Counted from the first letter of the whole stretch, positions 35,466 to 48,662 are shown. The stretch: 63,432 bases of DNA, filler included, from Rhabdomonas costata (GCA_019059605.1; 43 parts of 43 records of this genome joined end to end with filler, not necessarily neighbours in it), one strand, 5' to 3'. A program made the numbers and translations. Notes: generated by a model not told the origin, from the letters alone.

Positions 35466-36706
35466 GTGCCCAGCAGGCTGTGCAGCAGCTGGAACATCGC
35501 CGCGGTGTCGATGGGCTTGCCTAGCACAGCGGCCATCCCAGAGTCCAGGCACATCCGAGAGAACTCCGCGTCCCGGTTTCCAGTGATTCCCACCACAGGC
35601 ACCGATTGATACCTCGGGTCCGCCTTCAGCCTCCGCGTGGTCTCACACCCGTCCAGCTCCGGCATCATCACCTTTTTTCCATAAGTGGAAGGCAAATTAA
35701 GAAAATTATCCTGGCTCGGAGGCGGCACCTTTGCCCGGGAAACTAGCCATCTCAGATCATAGACATAGACATCATAGCATAGACAACAAAAAAGCCTCCG
35801 TCATATACCGGTCAGAAGGCCAGCAAAGCCTTAAAAAGCAAACAAAACCAAAAAGGTCATTTCACACTGATCGATGGTTCTGGTCGGTTCGGGTCGAAAA
35901 TGAAATCCACAACTTTTGTATGTTGGATTTCCCTGGGGGTGGAGGTGGGGGTAGGTATACATCTGTCAGGATCAGGTCGAACGGGACTGTGGCGGAGAGG
36001 GCCTCACGCAGGGCCTCCATGCCATTGCTTGCGGACCGCACGTTTGTGATGCCCATTTGCGCCAACTTCAGCGACACCACACGCCGGTTGAGTTCTAAAG
36101 GAGAGGACACACAAAAGATAGCATTCAGTAACCCTCTGCTCACTGCAACGGTCGCTGTTTTTGGCCTTTCCCAGACTTCAGACACTGGTAAACAGGGCCT
36201 TCAGGACCAAGCGTGAAGGGTGAAGCACTTTGGCCGGGTACACATCTCGGTTTCTCATTCATTGGGGGTACACCGCAGATGGCCACACCCATTTGAAAAT
36301 CTGCACGAGTACGCGTACGTGCGTCCTCACAACAGCGTCATCACCGCACGTCTCCCATAAAAAAAGAAAAGTGCAGTACACACCCACATCGTCGACGACG
36401 AGAACACAGACGTTTTCGGCAACCGCCCCCAACACTTCGGGGCGCTTCCTTAGGGAATCCACCGGAAGCGCCCCGAAGCACCCCGGAAACAGCCCGTCGA
36501 AGGCCTTGACCAGCTTTTTCAGAGTCACAGGCTTCGCAACCACGACAAGGTCCCGGGCCAGCCTGTCCTTTTCAAAGTGCTTCAGGCTGGCCACCTTGAT
36601 CACCGCAAAGCTTAGTCTGGGCGCCGAGGCGCGGGCACGCTGCACCACCTCGAGGTCCTCCGTGGTGCGCGTCTCGGGGCTGTCGTCGGACAAAACTAGG
36701 ACCACA
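35466..36706 (-). CDS. C-terminus of a hybrid histidine-kinase-like protein: a degenerate receiver followed by an intact receiver domain (three exons)
   Basis: VLVVDDV|ELNRRVV...SNGMEAL...FDLILTD|VMMPELDGCETTRRLK...PVVGITG...VLGKP; upstream VVAKPV pseudo-receiver; GT-AG introns. Confidence 0.92.
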
Positions 36707-37415
36707 CTGAAAATGGGGCGTAGTGCAATCATGATTTGACCCAAAGAAATCAATAATAGCCCGATGTTCTCACTCCGAGTCTTCATTCGAGCGAACAAAA
36801 GCATATCCGAAAACCACAAGAGTGCAGTGAACCAACTGGCAGGNNNNNNNNNNNNNNNNNNNNNNNNNNNNNNNNNNNNNNNNNNNNTTAATTAATTAAN
36901 NNNNNNNNNNNNNNNNNNNNNNNNNNNNNNNNNNNNNNNNNNNGTTGGTATGTCATGGTTGGCCCTTCCGTGTCCAGTGGACAAGGATAGTGTTGTTTGT
37001 CGCCAAGCAAAAACTGAAGCGCAAATACCCATCAATCCAGGCAACACATCATCCAGTGCATCTATTGGTTGGCTGCCTAATACCGACGCGTACAACCATG
37101 ATATGAGAGCCCCGCCAGGATAGAGGTCAATGCGAGTGTCCAGGTTCTGATGAAGGCTTTGCAGGGGATAGATGGTGGACATACCCTTCTCTTGGCCTTG
37201 GATGTCTTCTCCGTGCTGAAGAGGGGGGAGGGATACCTTTGCCTTGCCAAAACGCCTTGGGTGTGCATTTCAACCTCGGCGATGTCCAAGACTGTCTGTC
37301 CCTGCCGACTTGATTGGGATGGCCCTCCTTCCAACAATGGCTGACGAAGAACACTGAATGCTTATTTAAGGGTACCAATCTTTCACAGCTTTCATGCCCT
37401 TTTGACCTTTTCACG

Positions 37416-38321
37416 ATGGTTCTTATTATTTATGGAACCCCTGTGAGCCAGCCAGTCCGTGCCGTGATGTGGGCGTGCCTGATGCACCGCCTGCCCTTTG
37501 AGCTTAAGCTGACCCTTCCCCGCCGTACCGAGGCAGGGCTGGGGGCGCGGCACCCCGAGTACCTCAGGATCAACCCATGGGGTACTGTCCCCTCGATCAG
37601 CGACGATGGCTTTGTGCTGTACGAGGCTGCTGCGATTCTTTGCTACCTCGCAGATAAACACAGTGTGATTTTTGATTTATGTGTGAGACATGGGCTGTCT
37701 CCTGAATTATGTGTGTTATGTTGCAGGAATGCACAGAAACAAATCACCTGCTGGGACGAAAAGTTTGTAAAACGCTGCACGAAAGGCTTGCAATGGTTCA
37801 ACGTCAGCTTGCCTGCCAAATGGTGTGTGCGTGTGTGTGTGCGTTTGTGTGGGCGAAGGGTTGTTGTTGGTGGGGGTGGGGGAACCGGAAATTGTTATGC
37901 AATGTCGAGTTTCGACATCGATATTTGTGACAGTGACAAATGAGTGGAATGCCCTTGTTAATATTACGCGAGTGGTTCTGCCTGACTGCCTTTCGTCCAG
38001 CTGTAAGGCAGCGAAAACATTTCCAAATGAACTGAACAAAGCTCAGTGTATTTAGTGCACTAACCACGGAGGGGCAAGGTGGGCAACAAATTTGCTGGGA
38101 GTGCGGATGTGGGTATCACTGAGGAAGTCGAGGCGTGCTGATGCCGCGGTGTACCGTTGTGATTTAAGTCAAGGCGGACAGCAGCAAAGGTAGGTTGTCA
38201 CTTCTTCGATTACGTTCTTTCAACTTCATGAATTTTTGTGTTGTTTGACAGGGTGGACGGGCGTTTACCCCACTGACCTGCTGCAGCGGGCCAGGATCCA
38301 CCAGTACCTCCACTGGCATCA
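37416..38321 (+). CDS. Glutathione S-transferase, theta class, 5' part (exons 37416-37662, 38252->38321)
   Basis: YGTPVSQPVRAV...YLRINPWGTVPSISDDGFVLYEAAAILCYLADKH|RWTGVYPTDLLQRARIHQYLHWH. Confidence 0.93.
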
Positions 38322-38722
38322 NNNNNNNNNNNNNNNNNNNNNNNNNNNNNNNNNNNNNNNNNNNNTTAATTAATTAANNNNNNNNNNNNNNNNNNNNNNN
38401 NNNNNNNNNNNNNNNNNNNNNCTTCGTCTCTGAGTTTGGATGCTCCGGATTCAGCTCGTTTGAGTCCATGGCACCTACTCTGGCGCCAGCCGGGTGGCTT
38501 CCAGGAAAGGCCCTCTCCCCTTGTTCTTGTGCAGGCAGCAGAGCACTGGGCTCGCTTTGTCAGATGTCTTCTCGAGTTGCTGGAAACATCCGTGGGCTGC
38601 TCCATTGCAGGATCGATGAAGGAAACCATCAGTCAATTTTATTCAATGTTTTAGAGATTTTTCGTGCGCAGTGCATCAGAGCATGGATGGAAGGGCCTGT
38701 CCTGGAAGTTAGCCCGTGGCAG

Positions 38723-39400
38723 CCCATTGGGGGGTGCACGGAGGGATGCCCCCTGACTCGTGCTCCCCGGAGAAAGGCACGTGGAGGCGCTGTGTGGGAG
38801 GCAACCCCATGGCTCAGCGGAACTACCCCTGTGACAGCCTCACGGAGGCCTATTTCGGGGAGCAGGGGATGCGAGGCACGGATGAGGTTGGCCCAGAGGC
38901 CTTCCAGAGGCAGCTCTACTTGTGCATGGTGGCCCAGGCGCTGCACGTCAAGGCCCTGGTTGAGACCCAACGGACATCCAATGGTGTGCGAGAGCGCTGG
39001 GCACAGGAGAAGAAAGAAAAAGAAATTGGGCCGCGACTGGTGCTGTTGCCTCCTTAGAACTCAACTTCCCTCCGTCTCCGCCTTCTCTCTTTTTTGGCTC
39101 AGTACTGGGGACGCTCATCTGGCAGCTGAATGAGATTTGGCCCACAGGGGGCTGGGGAAGCCTAGAGTACTGCACCGCTTTCCCTCCTCCAGCACCCGGC
39201 ACGTGTGCTTGTATCGACGACTTCGGAGGGGAAGACGTGGCGCTGCGTGGAGGCCGGTGGAAGCCCCTCCACTACTGGTTTCGCGCAGGGCTGTTTGGGG
39301 ATGTCTTCGCGACTTGTGACCAGGAGGGACGCTGCCTGCTCCGCAACGACGCTGGTCGCAGACCATTCCGAGGCTGTGCAGAGGTGGAGTTGGTGCCCGT
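38723..39400 (+). CDS. GH2 beta-mannosidase-like fragment (exons 38723-38983 and 39103 to about 39400)
   Basis: QLYLCMVAQALHVKALVETQR, LGTLIWQLNEIWPTGGWGSLEY and GGRWKPLHY match the beta-mannosidase WQLND.W...W.S.EY..RWK.LHY motif. Confidence 0.88.
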
Positions 39401-39899
39401 GGGCGTTTGGTCGGTTCGCCGAGGGCTACGCCGGCTGCGGTATTCCTGCCCCCTTCCCTTCCTCCCACAACTTCCCTAGCCTGGTTATGTTGCACGCAGG
39501 TAGTCTGTACACTATGCTTGCGGTCCGGTCTATTTGTTTTGGGTGGGGGTGTCAAAAGATATCATGCCGTTACACGGTCATGGGGCGGTAAATGAAAAAA
39601 CGATTTTTGGGCGTTCCGTTGTCTTTCACGTTGGTCACTATTGGTGGGAACTCATTTTTTTCACAGCAAGGGATTTACCCATCACAAGGGATCCGATTAG
39701 TTTAGGGGCGGAAGCCAGCCCGCGGCGCGGCCGAAACGGGCGGTTGAGGCGGGGTCGTTCCCTGGGGGTAGATTTCAATAGTTCGTGGCAACACACCACN
39801 NNNNNNNNNNNNNNNNNNNNNNNNNNNNNNNNNNNNNNNNNNNTTAATTAATTAANNNNNNNNNNNNNNNNNNNNNNNNNNNNNNNNNNNNNNNNNNNN

Positions 39900-40983
39900 G
39901 GTGTGTACAGGTCAGTGACCATCAACCACGTCAAAGGGGTAGCTGAGGACGAGCCCATGGTGAAGATGTGCGCCACCGACAGCAGCACCATGGACTGCAC
40001 ACAAACCAGACTCGCAGTGTGCACCAGGGCCACGGGCACGCCCAGCTCGGGCATGTCCGGGGAGAGGGTGCAAAGAGCATCCTCGTAGCCCTTCCGCAAG
40101 GCCTCAACCTGCGGGCAAAGCCGCAAAAAGGGTTTCCCAGTGTATATACAAAAGACCCCGGGCCTGCTTCGGCCTTTTACAGAGGGTTTTCACAATCGCA
40201 GGTGGTGCAAGGTGGGGGAAACTTGGATGGTGGTGGAAACACTCAGGCACTCACACATCAGAGATGGGATCCACACTGCCATATCTGCTTTTGTTTGCAC
40301 AGTGGAGCGTCAACCGCGGGCGTATGTGTGTCAAACGGCTTCTTCGAGTTGAGCGATCCCAGGAGAGCTTTTCAGCACGGTTTGGGCCTCACGCTGGGGC
40401 AATGCCTGGGACACCTGACTGGGATGCCCCTCAGAACCCCCGGAAAGCCCCCCGGATTTGGTATACTGCAGGATTGCCAATGCAGCATCTACACATATGG
40501 AAAATAATTGAAGGATAAAATAGAAAAGGGCGAAAATCTGCGGTGCCCCGTGAGGGAGCGTTCTCCCACCTCGTACGCTGGCGCCCCAGCCTTCGCGCGG
40601 GCTTCAGCATGCTGAGCCAGAGGCCTGGCAACCCTAAGCAGATTCCACAGCTTCCGCGACCGCAGCATCACTGGAAACAGCACCACTCGAAGCCCAACCG
40701 CCATCCCAACTAAAAACACCCACAGCGGCACCCCACCGCTTTCGTGCATCCACAGCGCGATGTCCAGTGCCAGGCTGCTCGAGTTCCCACACGGGGGGAC
40801 CAGAGGGGCAGGCGGTGGCAGTGCTGGGGCACAGGGGAAAAGGCTGAACCCTCGCCGGGTAGGACCTTGTGTGCCCCAAGAAGTGCGGATGGCAGAGCGA
40901 AGCATGTCGGAATGGGAGAGGCGGACGACGGCAGCGCCGCGACTGCAGCTGCAGGCCGCCCTAAGCACAGGCAAGGTGGTCAT
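39900..40983 (-). CDS. Oxa1/Cox18/YidC-like membrane insertase, 5' part with a putative mitochondrial targeting peptide (exons 40983-40570, 40108-<39900)
   Basis: Arg/Ser-rich N-terminus ending RRGFSLF; MHESGGVPLWVFLVGMAVGLRVVLFP fits H...G.PWW..I......R..L.P; W...DL in the downstream exon. Confidence 0.65.
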
Positions 40984-42389
40984 CTGGACATTGGGTGGAA
41001 GCCCGTCACACTGCTCCAAGCCCCTCTGCAAAAATGCAGACCAAAAAAGCTAATGCTGAAGAGGAAAAACACGAAGCTTGCATGGCGAGAATATAGCCGA
41101 AAAAAATCAATGGAGGGGTTCTATCAAGTCTGAAAAAAGGGGGTCATGACATCATGAAGTCATGAAATCATGAATTCTTTATCTCCCACATTTTTCTCCC
41201 ATTCTCCAAAAACCAGGGGCCCACTAAATATTGCACAACGACTACTGCGTTTGCAGCATATCCGCGGTCATCAGTANNNNNNNNNNNNNNNNNNNNNNNN
41301 NNNNNNNNNNNNNNNNNNNNTTAATTAATTAANNNNNNNNNNNNNNNNNNNNNNNNNNNNNNNNNNNNNNNNNNNNATCCCGAGGGCAGCAGCGAGGGCA
41401 GAGAGCACGTTATCGCGGTGACAGAGGAGACTTGGGAGAGGAAAAAGGGCAAGGATCCAATCAGGGAGCGCGTCGATGCTTACATTCAGAACACTTCGAA
41501 GAGACCACACGGTACTGCATAGATGAATGTGACCAAAATGAAAGCAGACTTGCAGAAGGCAGACCAGTAAGGTGACGATGTAGTGATTGATGCCAATAAA
41601 GCTTTCGCTCACCCCGAGTAAACGTGTCCCACTGCATCGGCATCACTCGGTTTCTGGATTAAGCCGCAACGAATCCTTGCAACTATTGAGGACACCAATC
41701 ATGCACATTTTCTATTGGTCAATCTGTTTGTCGGACATCGGGCACATGATAGGGGTCCACTTCCAGACAAGAACAAATGCGACCCCTAACTCAAGAACAG
41801 ACCTGCACCGAAGACTACACGATATCTTTGAGGCGTACGTCCAGAGCTGCAAGCTCGCTTGCGCCAGTGCCATTTCCGAGCCCACGCGGGTTTCCAACGG
41901 AAGCCCTCCAGTGAGCCCAGAGCGCGACCTTCCCCGTCGCTCGAACACATCTGCCAGCAACAGCAGTGGGGGGCCCACTGGCGGCGCTGTGGAAGGCCCT
42001 GTGGGCCCTGCCCCACAAGGGCCCGTGCTGCGCTCCCCAACCTTAGCACAGAGCGAGGTGGTAGCTGGTCTCCAGGCTGTGATTCAGCGGTACCCCAGGG
42101 GCCTGGAGATTCCCTTCAAGCTTTAGAGCAACAAATCGTTGCCTCTTCATGCCGTTTTTTTTGGGGGGGGGTGCATTTGGTCCAGAGTGTTGGATGCTTT
42201 TTTTTTTGCAGTGATGGCCCTTTTTGCGCCAGGTCCTGCCATGCCGCAGGTCTGTCCTTCGCAGACAGGTCCTGTTTGTGATGTTTACACGGCCTTGTCC
42301 TCCTCCCGCGCTACTTTGCTTTTGTTGCGGTCGCACTGTTCCGAACCCGAGCACTAGGCCCAGAACCCGCAAAAACGTCCTCCGAGAAA

Positions 42390-42745
42390 AGCCAAGTTGC
42401 AGCGACAAGGGCCCTTTTCTACATTCTTCCTTCCATCAGAAACAAAGCTGTTTGGGCAAACATTGCGGAGATTGTCTCTATCCCCAATTCCTCGAGAGCA
42501 GTTGCTGCTTCTCCTTTCTCGACCCCTTGGGCCCATGGGACCCCATGGGCTTTATCATAAAAGCATCAAGACAAACCGGTTCATCCACCAGCTCTTTCAC
42601 TTTTTGCATCTATGCCTTCTCCTCTTCCTTCTGAGGTAATCAATCCTTGCTCTTCGACTTTTCGACGTGTTTCTTTTCTCCCTGGCATAACGTGTTCTTC
42701 TTGTTCTTCTTCCTTCACGCTTGTTTGTGCCTGGCAGCTTGCTCA
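42390..42745 (-). mobile_element. Possible decayed non-LTR retrotransposon 3' region (restriction-like endonuclease-type tail)
   Basis: Stop-interrupted purine-rich frames with AAR...EKK and AFMIKPMGSHGP, loosely like the F.P...E..G..G motif. Confidence 0.25.
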
Positions 42746-43408
42746 CCACACCACNNNNNNNNNNNNNNNNNNNNNNNNNNNNNNNNNNNNNNNNNNNNTT
42801 AATTAATTAANNNNNNNNNNNNNNNNNNNNNNNNNNNNNNNNNNNNNNNNNNNNCGTGCATCACCTCCTAACCCCCTGCAAACTCAAAAAGGGGACCAAA
42901 GGAAAACAAAACTTCACAGCTCACCCTACCGGGGGGGGGGGGCATAAATGCACTGCCCAAAGGGAGAGTTTTTTTTAACACCCCCTTGTACCACGTGACC
43001 ACCAGTATTTTTGCTTTATTTGTAGTGCTCATCCACGTTTTTCTTTTTTTGTTTTGCGAGCACTGCTATTGGGTAAGTTTACCGGGTGTTTTTGCAGCAA
43101 GGACTTCAGAGAGGGAAAGCGGGTCGAATACTTGCAGCTGGGTCTGTCACGTAAAGATTTTCACGTCCCTGCTACCCAACAATCTGGACCTCAAAGGAAA
43201 TCCTCTTGACTTAAGAATTAAGAACCTAGCCCCTTCCTAGGGGTAAAATACTCGTGGTCCCTCGGTACGTCCATAAGGATACATTCTCGAAGTATTTTTT
43301 CAACTCTGGTGGTTGGTGGAAGCCCTCCTTCTGTGCCCCAATTCAATTCTTTTGTCTTCATACCTCCCACCTGCATCTTCTTTCTCATGGTGGGGGTGGC
43401 GGAAACAG

Positions 43409-43545
43409 GCTTGCTGGATGGAGCGATGATGGAGCTGCGTGTCTGGGGGGAGAACCGCTCGGCCTTTGACCTGGCCTCCATTGCCCACCACGCCGTCTCT
43501 GCGGAGAAGTTCCCCAGCCTGCTGGCGTATTGGCCCCTTTGCAAG
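43409..43545 (+). CDS. Exon with the C-terminal part of a LamG/concanavalin-like domain
   Basis: LDGAMMELRVWGENRSAFDL...SLLAYWPL fits G.IDEVRIW...RS..EI....LVAYW; ACAG acceptor, probable GC donor. Confidence 0.75.
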
Positions 43546-45813
43546 GCATTCGCTGCTGCCCCCTGGCCTCCCTCACCTCCGCTGAGCCAGAATGCCCCTT
43601 TTCTATTTTTGCCGTCCAATTTTGCTACAGGCAAAAATGTGGTGGGGTGTTCTTGTGATTGGCAGGGTGCGTGCTTTACTTGTCGCTTTTCGGTTTGGTG
43701 TTCCTCCACATATGTCCCGCTTCACATTATAAGTGAGAGTTTTGAGATCCAAGGATAAAAACATGGGAAGTGGAAATGCAACGATGTGGTCAGCGTAAAA
43801 GGGGGTCATTTCACTTCGGTATTGCCAATGCTAAGCTTGGGGCAGGAGCAATCCAGCCGAGCGCGCCCACTATTTGCACGTGGAGCGGGGCCACATTCCC
43901 ATAAAGAGCGTGCCTCCTGCTTGCCTTTAAGAACGGGAGGGAATTCGTACATGAGCCTTCTCTTTTTCCCGCGCACAGTCAAGCGCAGTAAAGAAGGGGG
44001 GGCGGCTCGACTCTCCACTGGAAAAGGGAATATTTACTCCTCCCCTCGCCAAAGGTTCCAATGCCAGGTTGGAACTGAGCTCACGTTTAAGGCACTGTAA
44101 CGAAATTCCAAATATCACTTCGGCGACGTCCGAAATTCTGTCCCTCCGTGGTCTTATGGTCTCCCTTCCATTGTTTTCGTGGTCGGGCATTTTCTACTAT
44201 TCTTTTGTATGCACTCTGTTTTCTAAACCGANNNNNNNNNNNNNNNNNNNNNNNNNNNNNNNNNNNNNNNNNNNNTTAATTAATTAANNNNNNNNNNNNN
44301 NNNNNNNNNNNNNNNNNNNNNNNNNNNNNNNGTGTGGTGTGTTTGGGGGTGGGGGGCAAGTGGTGCTTAGCTTTTGTGTGCCTTTGTGTGCTTATGTGAT
44401 GGTTTGGTTTGGTTTTTTGAAATCCGCTCGTTCAGAAACGTATTTCCGAATAGTCGAGCTTCCGCCCGAAGCCTTCCAATGTGGACGGGCAGTGGTGTTG
44501 TGTTTATTTGTTTTATTTGTTTAGTGGGATGGGGTGTCGAGCTGACCCTCTCGCTGGCCAGGAAAATACAGCTAACTCAGAACACGTGCTTTTTGCCTCA
44601 TTATCGTGAAAACGTTTAAAACAGATCGTATGCATACACACCAGCCTAGGGGCGTTTTTAGCGTTGCCAGGACTTCAACTGGAAACTCTTAACATACTAA
44701 ATTCTGAGGTTCGGGATGTAACTTACCTTATCTCAAATGACCACGACGCTTAAGGCCCCATACATCACTACCGTTTACGTGGTTCAAGATCCGTGCGAGT
44801 AGGGTTTTTTCCCCTGTATACCACCCTATCGATTTCAGCGGTGGACCATTCCCGTTCCCAGGTTGCCGCATTGGAGCTGGCTTGACAAAGAGGGCATGAC
44901 ATGGAAAGCACGGTAATGCCCCGTTTTTCCATTTTGGTAGAGTACGAGACGTCCTTGAACTGGAAATGATAAAGTGAGACTGCTGTGACTTTTTCTGTTC
45001 CTGGAAAACTGCCCTGTTCCCTGTCAATGCCATAACATCAATTGCAGTTTCTTCATTTTACTGGGTCCCGACTTGTCACCGTCATCCGGAATCGGGAGCA
45101 TTTCATAGGAAGGATAAGTTGAGGGGTGCAATGTTTCTGTTTTAGTGGAAGCAAATTTACATCCCTAAACCGTACACTTGCCCCTACCCTTAGCCCTTCT
45201 TCGGGGTTCTTCGGGGGCATTATCCTGTTGTAAACACCCGGGTCCTTGGCATGTTTTCTTGGTGGGATTCCTTCCTCCTTTGTGTTGGCAGCCCAAGCCG
45301 CTTACCAATGGAGACCATTGCGTGCATACACACCCATACCCACACGCACAGGCATAGTAGCGCAGGTTCTTACCCAACCATTGGGCATGAGCGGGCTTTC
45401 CTGAGTTCTGAGTTAGATGCTCCTAGAGCCAGGGGCGCGTGGCTGCGTATTGCTCTTGCTGATCATTAGCCCGGACCAGGCATAAGGCAAGCTTTGAGTG
45501 AGATTGTGAGTTCGAGTTGTGAGAACCTTCTCTTCCCTTTTCACCAGGGCTTGTGAGGCTGTTAGTAAGGATTTGCAAAGACAAAGACGAAAAACCCACA
45601 ATGGCACCCGGATTCCCCCTCCCCGTGCTGTCATTGCTGGTGTGGTCCGTGTTGTGGGGCCGAGCCTTTGCGGCGGGCTGCCCGGGCAAAACCCCCTGCC
45701 CCACCTGCNNNNNNNNNNNNNNNNNNNNNNNNNNNNNNNNNNNNNNNNNNNNTTAATTAATTAANNNNNNNNNNNNNNNNNNNNNNNNNNNNNNNNNNNN
45801 NNNNNNNNGGTGG

Positions 45814-46014
45814 TGGGTTAATTCTGTGCTTCAACAACACCATGCTATGATGTGTCTTGCTGCTCGTCGCCCACATACATATGCTCGAGACTTCGGCCTC
45901 CAGTTCACCCGGGTTGGAACCGCAAAACGTCCAGAGAGGACGAGCATATGTATGTGGGCGACGAGCAGCAAGACACATCATAGCATGGTGTTGTTGAAGC
46001 ACAGAATTAACCCA
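45814..46014. repeat. Fold-back inverted repeat at contig start (74-bp perfect arms, 53-nt loop)
   Basis: 45814-45887 is the exact reverse complement of 45941-46014. Confidence 0.97.
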
Positions 46015-48513
46015 TCCCCGCAACTCCGGCGGTTTTTTTAGAGTCTTTTTCCGTTTTTCTGTGTGATTTGGGGAAATGCAAAAATAGAATTATCGCGAAA
46101 CAAAGAACATACACATCAGCCTTATACTATCAAGAGCACTTGTGAAAATGAGACACAGAAAGCAACAATGGTAACGCTAAAAGTTAAAAGTATTCGTAAG
46201 CAAACACCCTTCTGCGAGGAGGGTGCCCTGAGGATCAAAGAACTTCGTGGTGTCATTTCCTGGGAAAAAGCAGTGAACCAACCGTCAAAACGCCTCCGCC
46301 GCCAGCGGCCAGTCAATTCAAAAGAAAAGGGCAGTAATTCAGTGGATTTCGGTTTACGTGCACCGCGGATAATTTCTTCGAATCATGGGCGATCATGGGA
46401 TCGAATTATCTAACCAGCCCAGCGGCGACGGAAATGCCGAGCTGTTACCACAGATGCGGTGAAAGGCAGGAGACACCTTTCTCTCTTAACCCGAAAATCT
46501 GCTCAATTCGGACACGATCACTTTCTCGGTTGCCAGAATCAACAGTGCTGCCCGGGAACGGGGCACCTTTCGGTAAGGCAGGTGGAAGGGCAACTTTGAG
46601 CTGCGTGAAATACAGCACCAATCCATCAGAACAACAAACAAAGGGCAAGTCGAAATATTCCCGATTTATATGGAAAACGTTTTCCCAACCAAATGAGTGG
46701 CTGTAATGATGCTGTATCCTAAAAGAGATTTGAGAGAACATTTTTTATTTCTCTTAAAATGGAAACAACACAGAGAGCATTCCTTAGAACCCCATATCTG
46801 GCTCAGCAGAGCGTCAAATGAGCTCTTCGGCTGGTCCTCCAGCACAATCTCAAAGAATGCCGGATTTCCAGCCACAATTGCCTCGATCAAGCTTGGATCC
46901 CACTTCTCCGTGGGAAAAACGAGCGCTGCGGTTCGAACAGGGACCTTGTCGTCGGGATTTCCAGGCCTCCACCATTCCGTAGACATTCCAAACACGACAA
47001 AAAAATTCGCAACAAAACTGAAAAGACAAGAGAACAAAAGAGATCCGCTCCGAAATCCGCTCCGATTTCGCACCGGTTGCCCAACATAAAAGTTCAACGT
47101 GCAGGTGATTCAATCATTTTCCATGGAGAAGAGCATGCACCTCGTGCTGCGGGATGCAGTCCACCGGTCCCCTCGCACAACCCCCNNNNNNNNNNNNNNN
47201 NNNNNNNNNNNNNNNNNNNNNNNNNNNNNTTAATTAATTAANNNNNNNNNNNNNNNNNNNNNNNNNNNNNNNNNNNNNNNNNNNNGGTTGGAACATTGGC
47301 CCTTGGGGCCCTCCGGCCTGTGGTTTTTCCCATCGCTTTCTTTTACTTTGGTGTTTTTCCGTTTGAGCGTTGTTTTCTCCGTGTGCAACGGTCTTTCCCT
47401 GGGAGACTGTTGTGTGTGTCGCTTTGTTACGCTGCACCGCTTTGCCTCACGGGTACGGTGGTCGCTGCTGCCACATCTTCGGTGTCCCGATCCGCATGTG
47501 TTTGCAAGCAATTCTTGGTGGCCGCGAGAAGAGGAACACAGTGCGTCAGTTCGCTTGAGAGATGTCCCTGAAAATCCCTGTGTCTTGGTGATGAATCAAG
47601 CAATAATAATAATAACCTTTCTATTAGCAAGGGTCTTCATGCTACAAGGTTCAGCCGTTGTTGTGAAGGCTCAAGTGCCAGTGCCGTCCTTTGTTGGATG
47701 AATACCCGCCCATGGCGGGGCAGAAGCTGGAGTGGGCAGCAGAATTGAGCGCCTGGGGGAGCAGAAGCTAGTTCCACCGGAGCATACCTTCCGCTTGACT
47801 TGAGTGGTCCCTATTGGAACAGGTCTGTCGGAGTAGGCGTTTGATCATCGAGGTGTCGGGGGACATCACCCAGGAACTTTCCTGGAAGAGGTTGCGGAAG
47901 AAGGACCAATGCCCCTGGAGTCGTGAGGGGTGTTGCCGCGGCGTTGCTGGAACCGTACCGTATTCTTGGGAGGTACCCAACTGCTCTTGCCCTGGAAGGA
48001 GAAATTTGGTGAATAGTACAACAACCGTTTTTTGTCCCGAAGACCTGTAGAGTGATGGTTTAGTTTTTGATGAATTATTTACCCCCCCCCCCTTTAATAA
48101 TCGAACTTTCTCTTGTGATTATGTTTTTTGGTATCCACGAGCGCTGGAAAGGTTCGTAGACCCTATTGCTGGCATTTCTCAAGGCATTTGGAGTTTCTAT
48201 TGGGATCTCGCAGGGCTCCCAGATGTCCTCTTGTCGCCTCAGCAGCGCGCTGTGGGGCGAACCAATTGTTCGTGTTATCTCAGAAATTACGCAGCAACAT
48301 TTTCTCCCCCCAGGATATTCTTAAGAATGCTCCTCCTTCAGAGAGGAGCGTCATTGGTTCATAGCTACAGCTCCCACAGAAAATGAAGAACCGCCGTCCG
48401 CGTTTGATTCGCCTCGTTTCATTGCCCGAAAGCTCTTTCAAGGTGAGGGTACCTTTTTTCTTGCATAGCCGCCTCCTTTCCTGTCTCTTTCGTGTACATT
48501 CCCGTGGTCAAAG

Positions 48514-48662
48514 CTACGTACCAATGCATCCCGCAGACGCCATTCTCCCCGGAAAGCTCTACCTGGGAAGCGTGGATGCGGCTTCCTCGCGGAGCCTTCT
48601 GAAGTCTCTTGGGGTGACCCACGTCGTCAACGCCGCAAAGGATCTGCCCAACTTCTTCCCCG
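48514..48662 (+). CDS. Exon of a dual-specificity protein phosphatase
   Basis: ILPGKLYLGSVDAASSRSLLKSLGVTHVVNAAKDLPNFFP. Confidence 0.88.
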
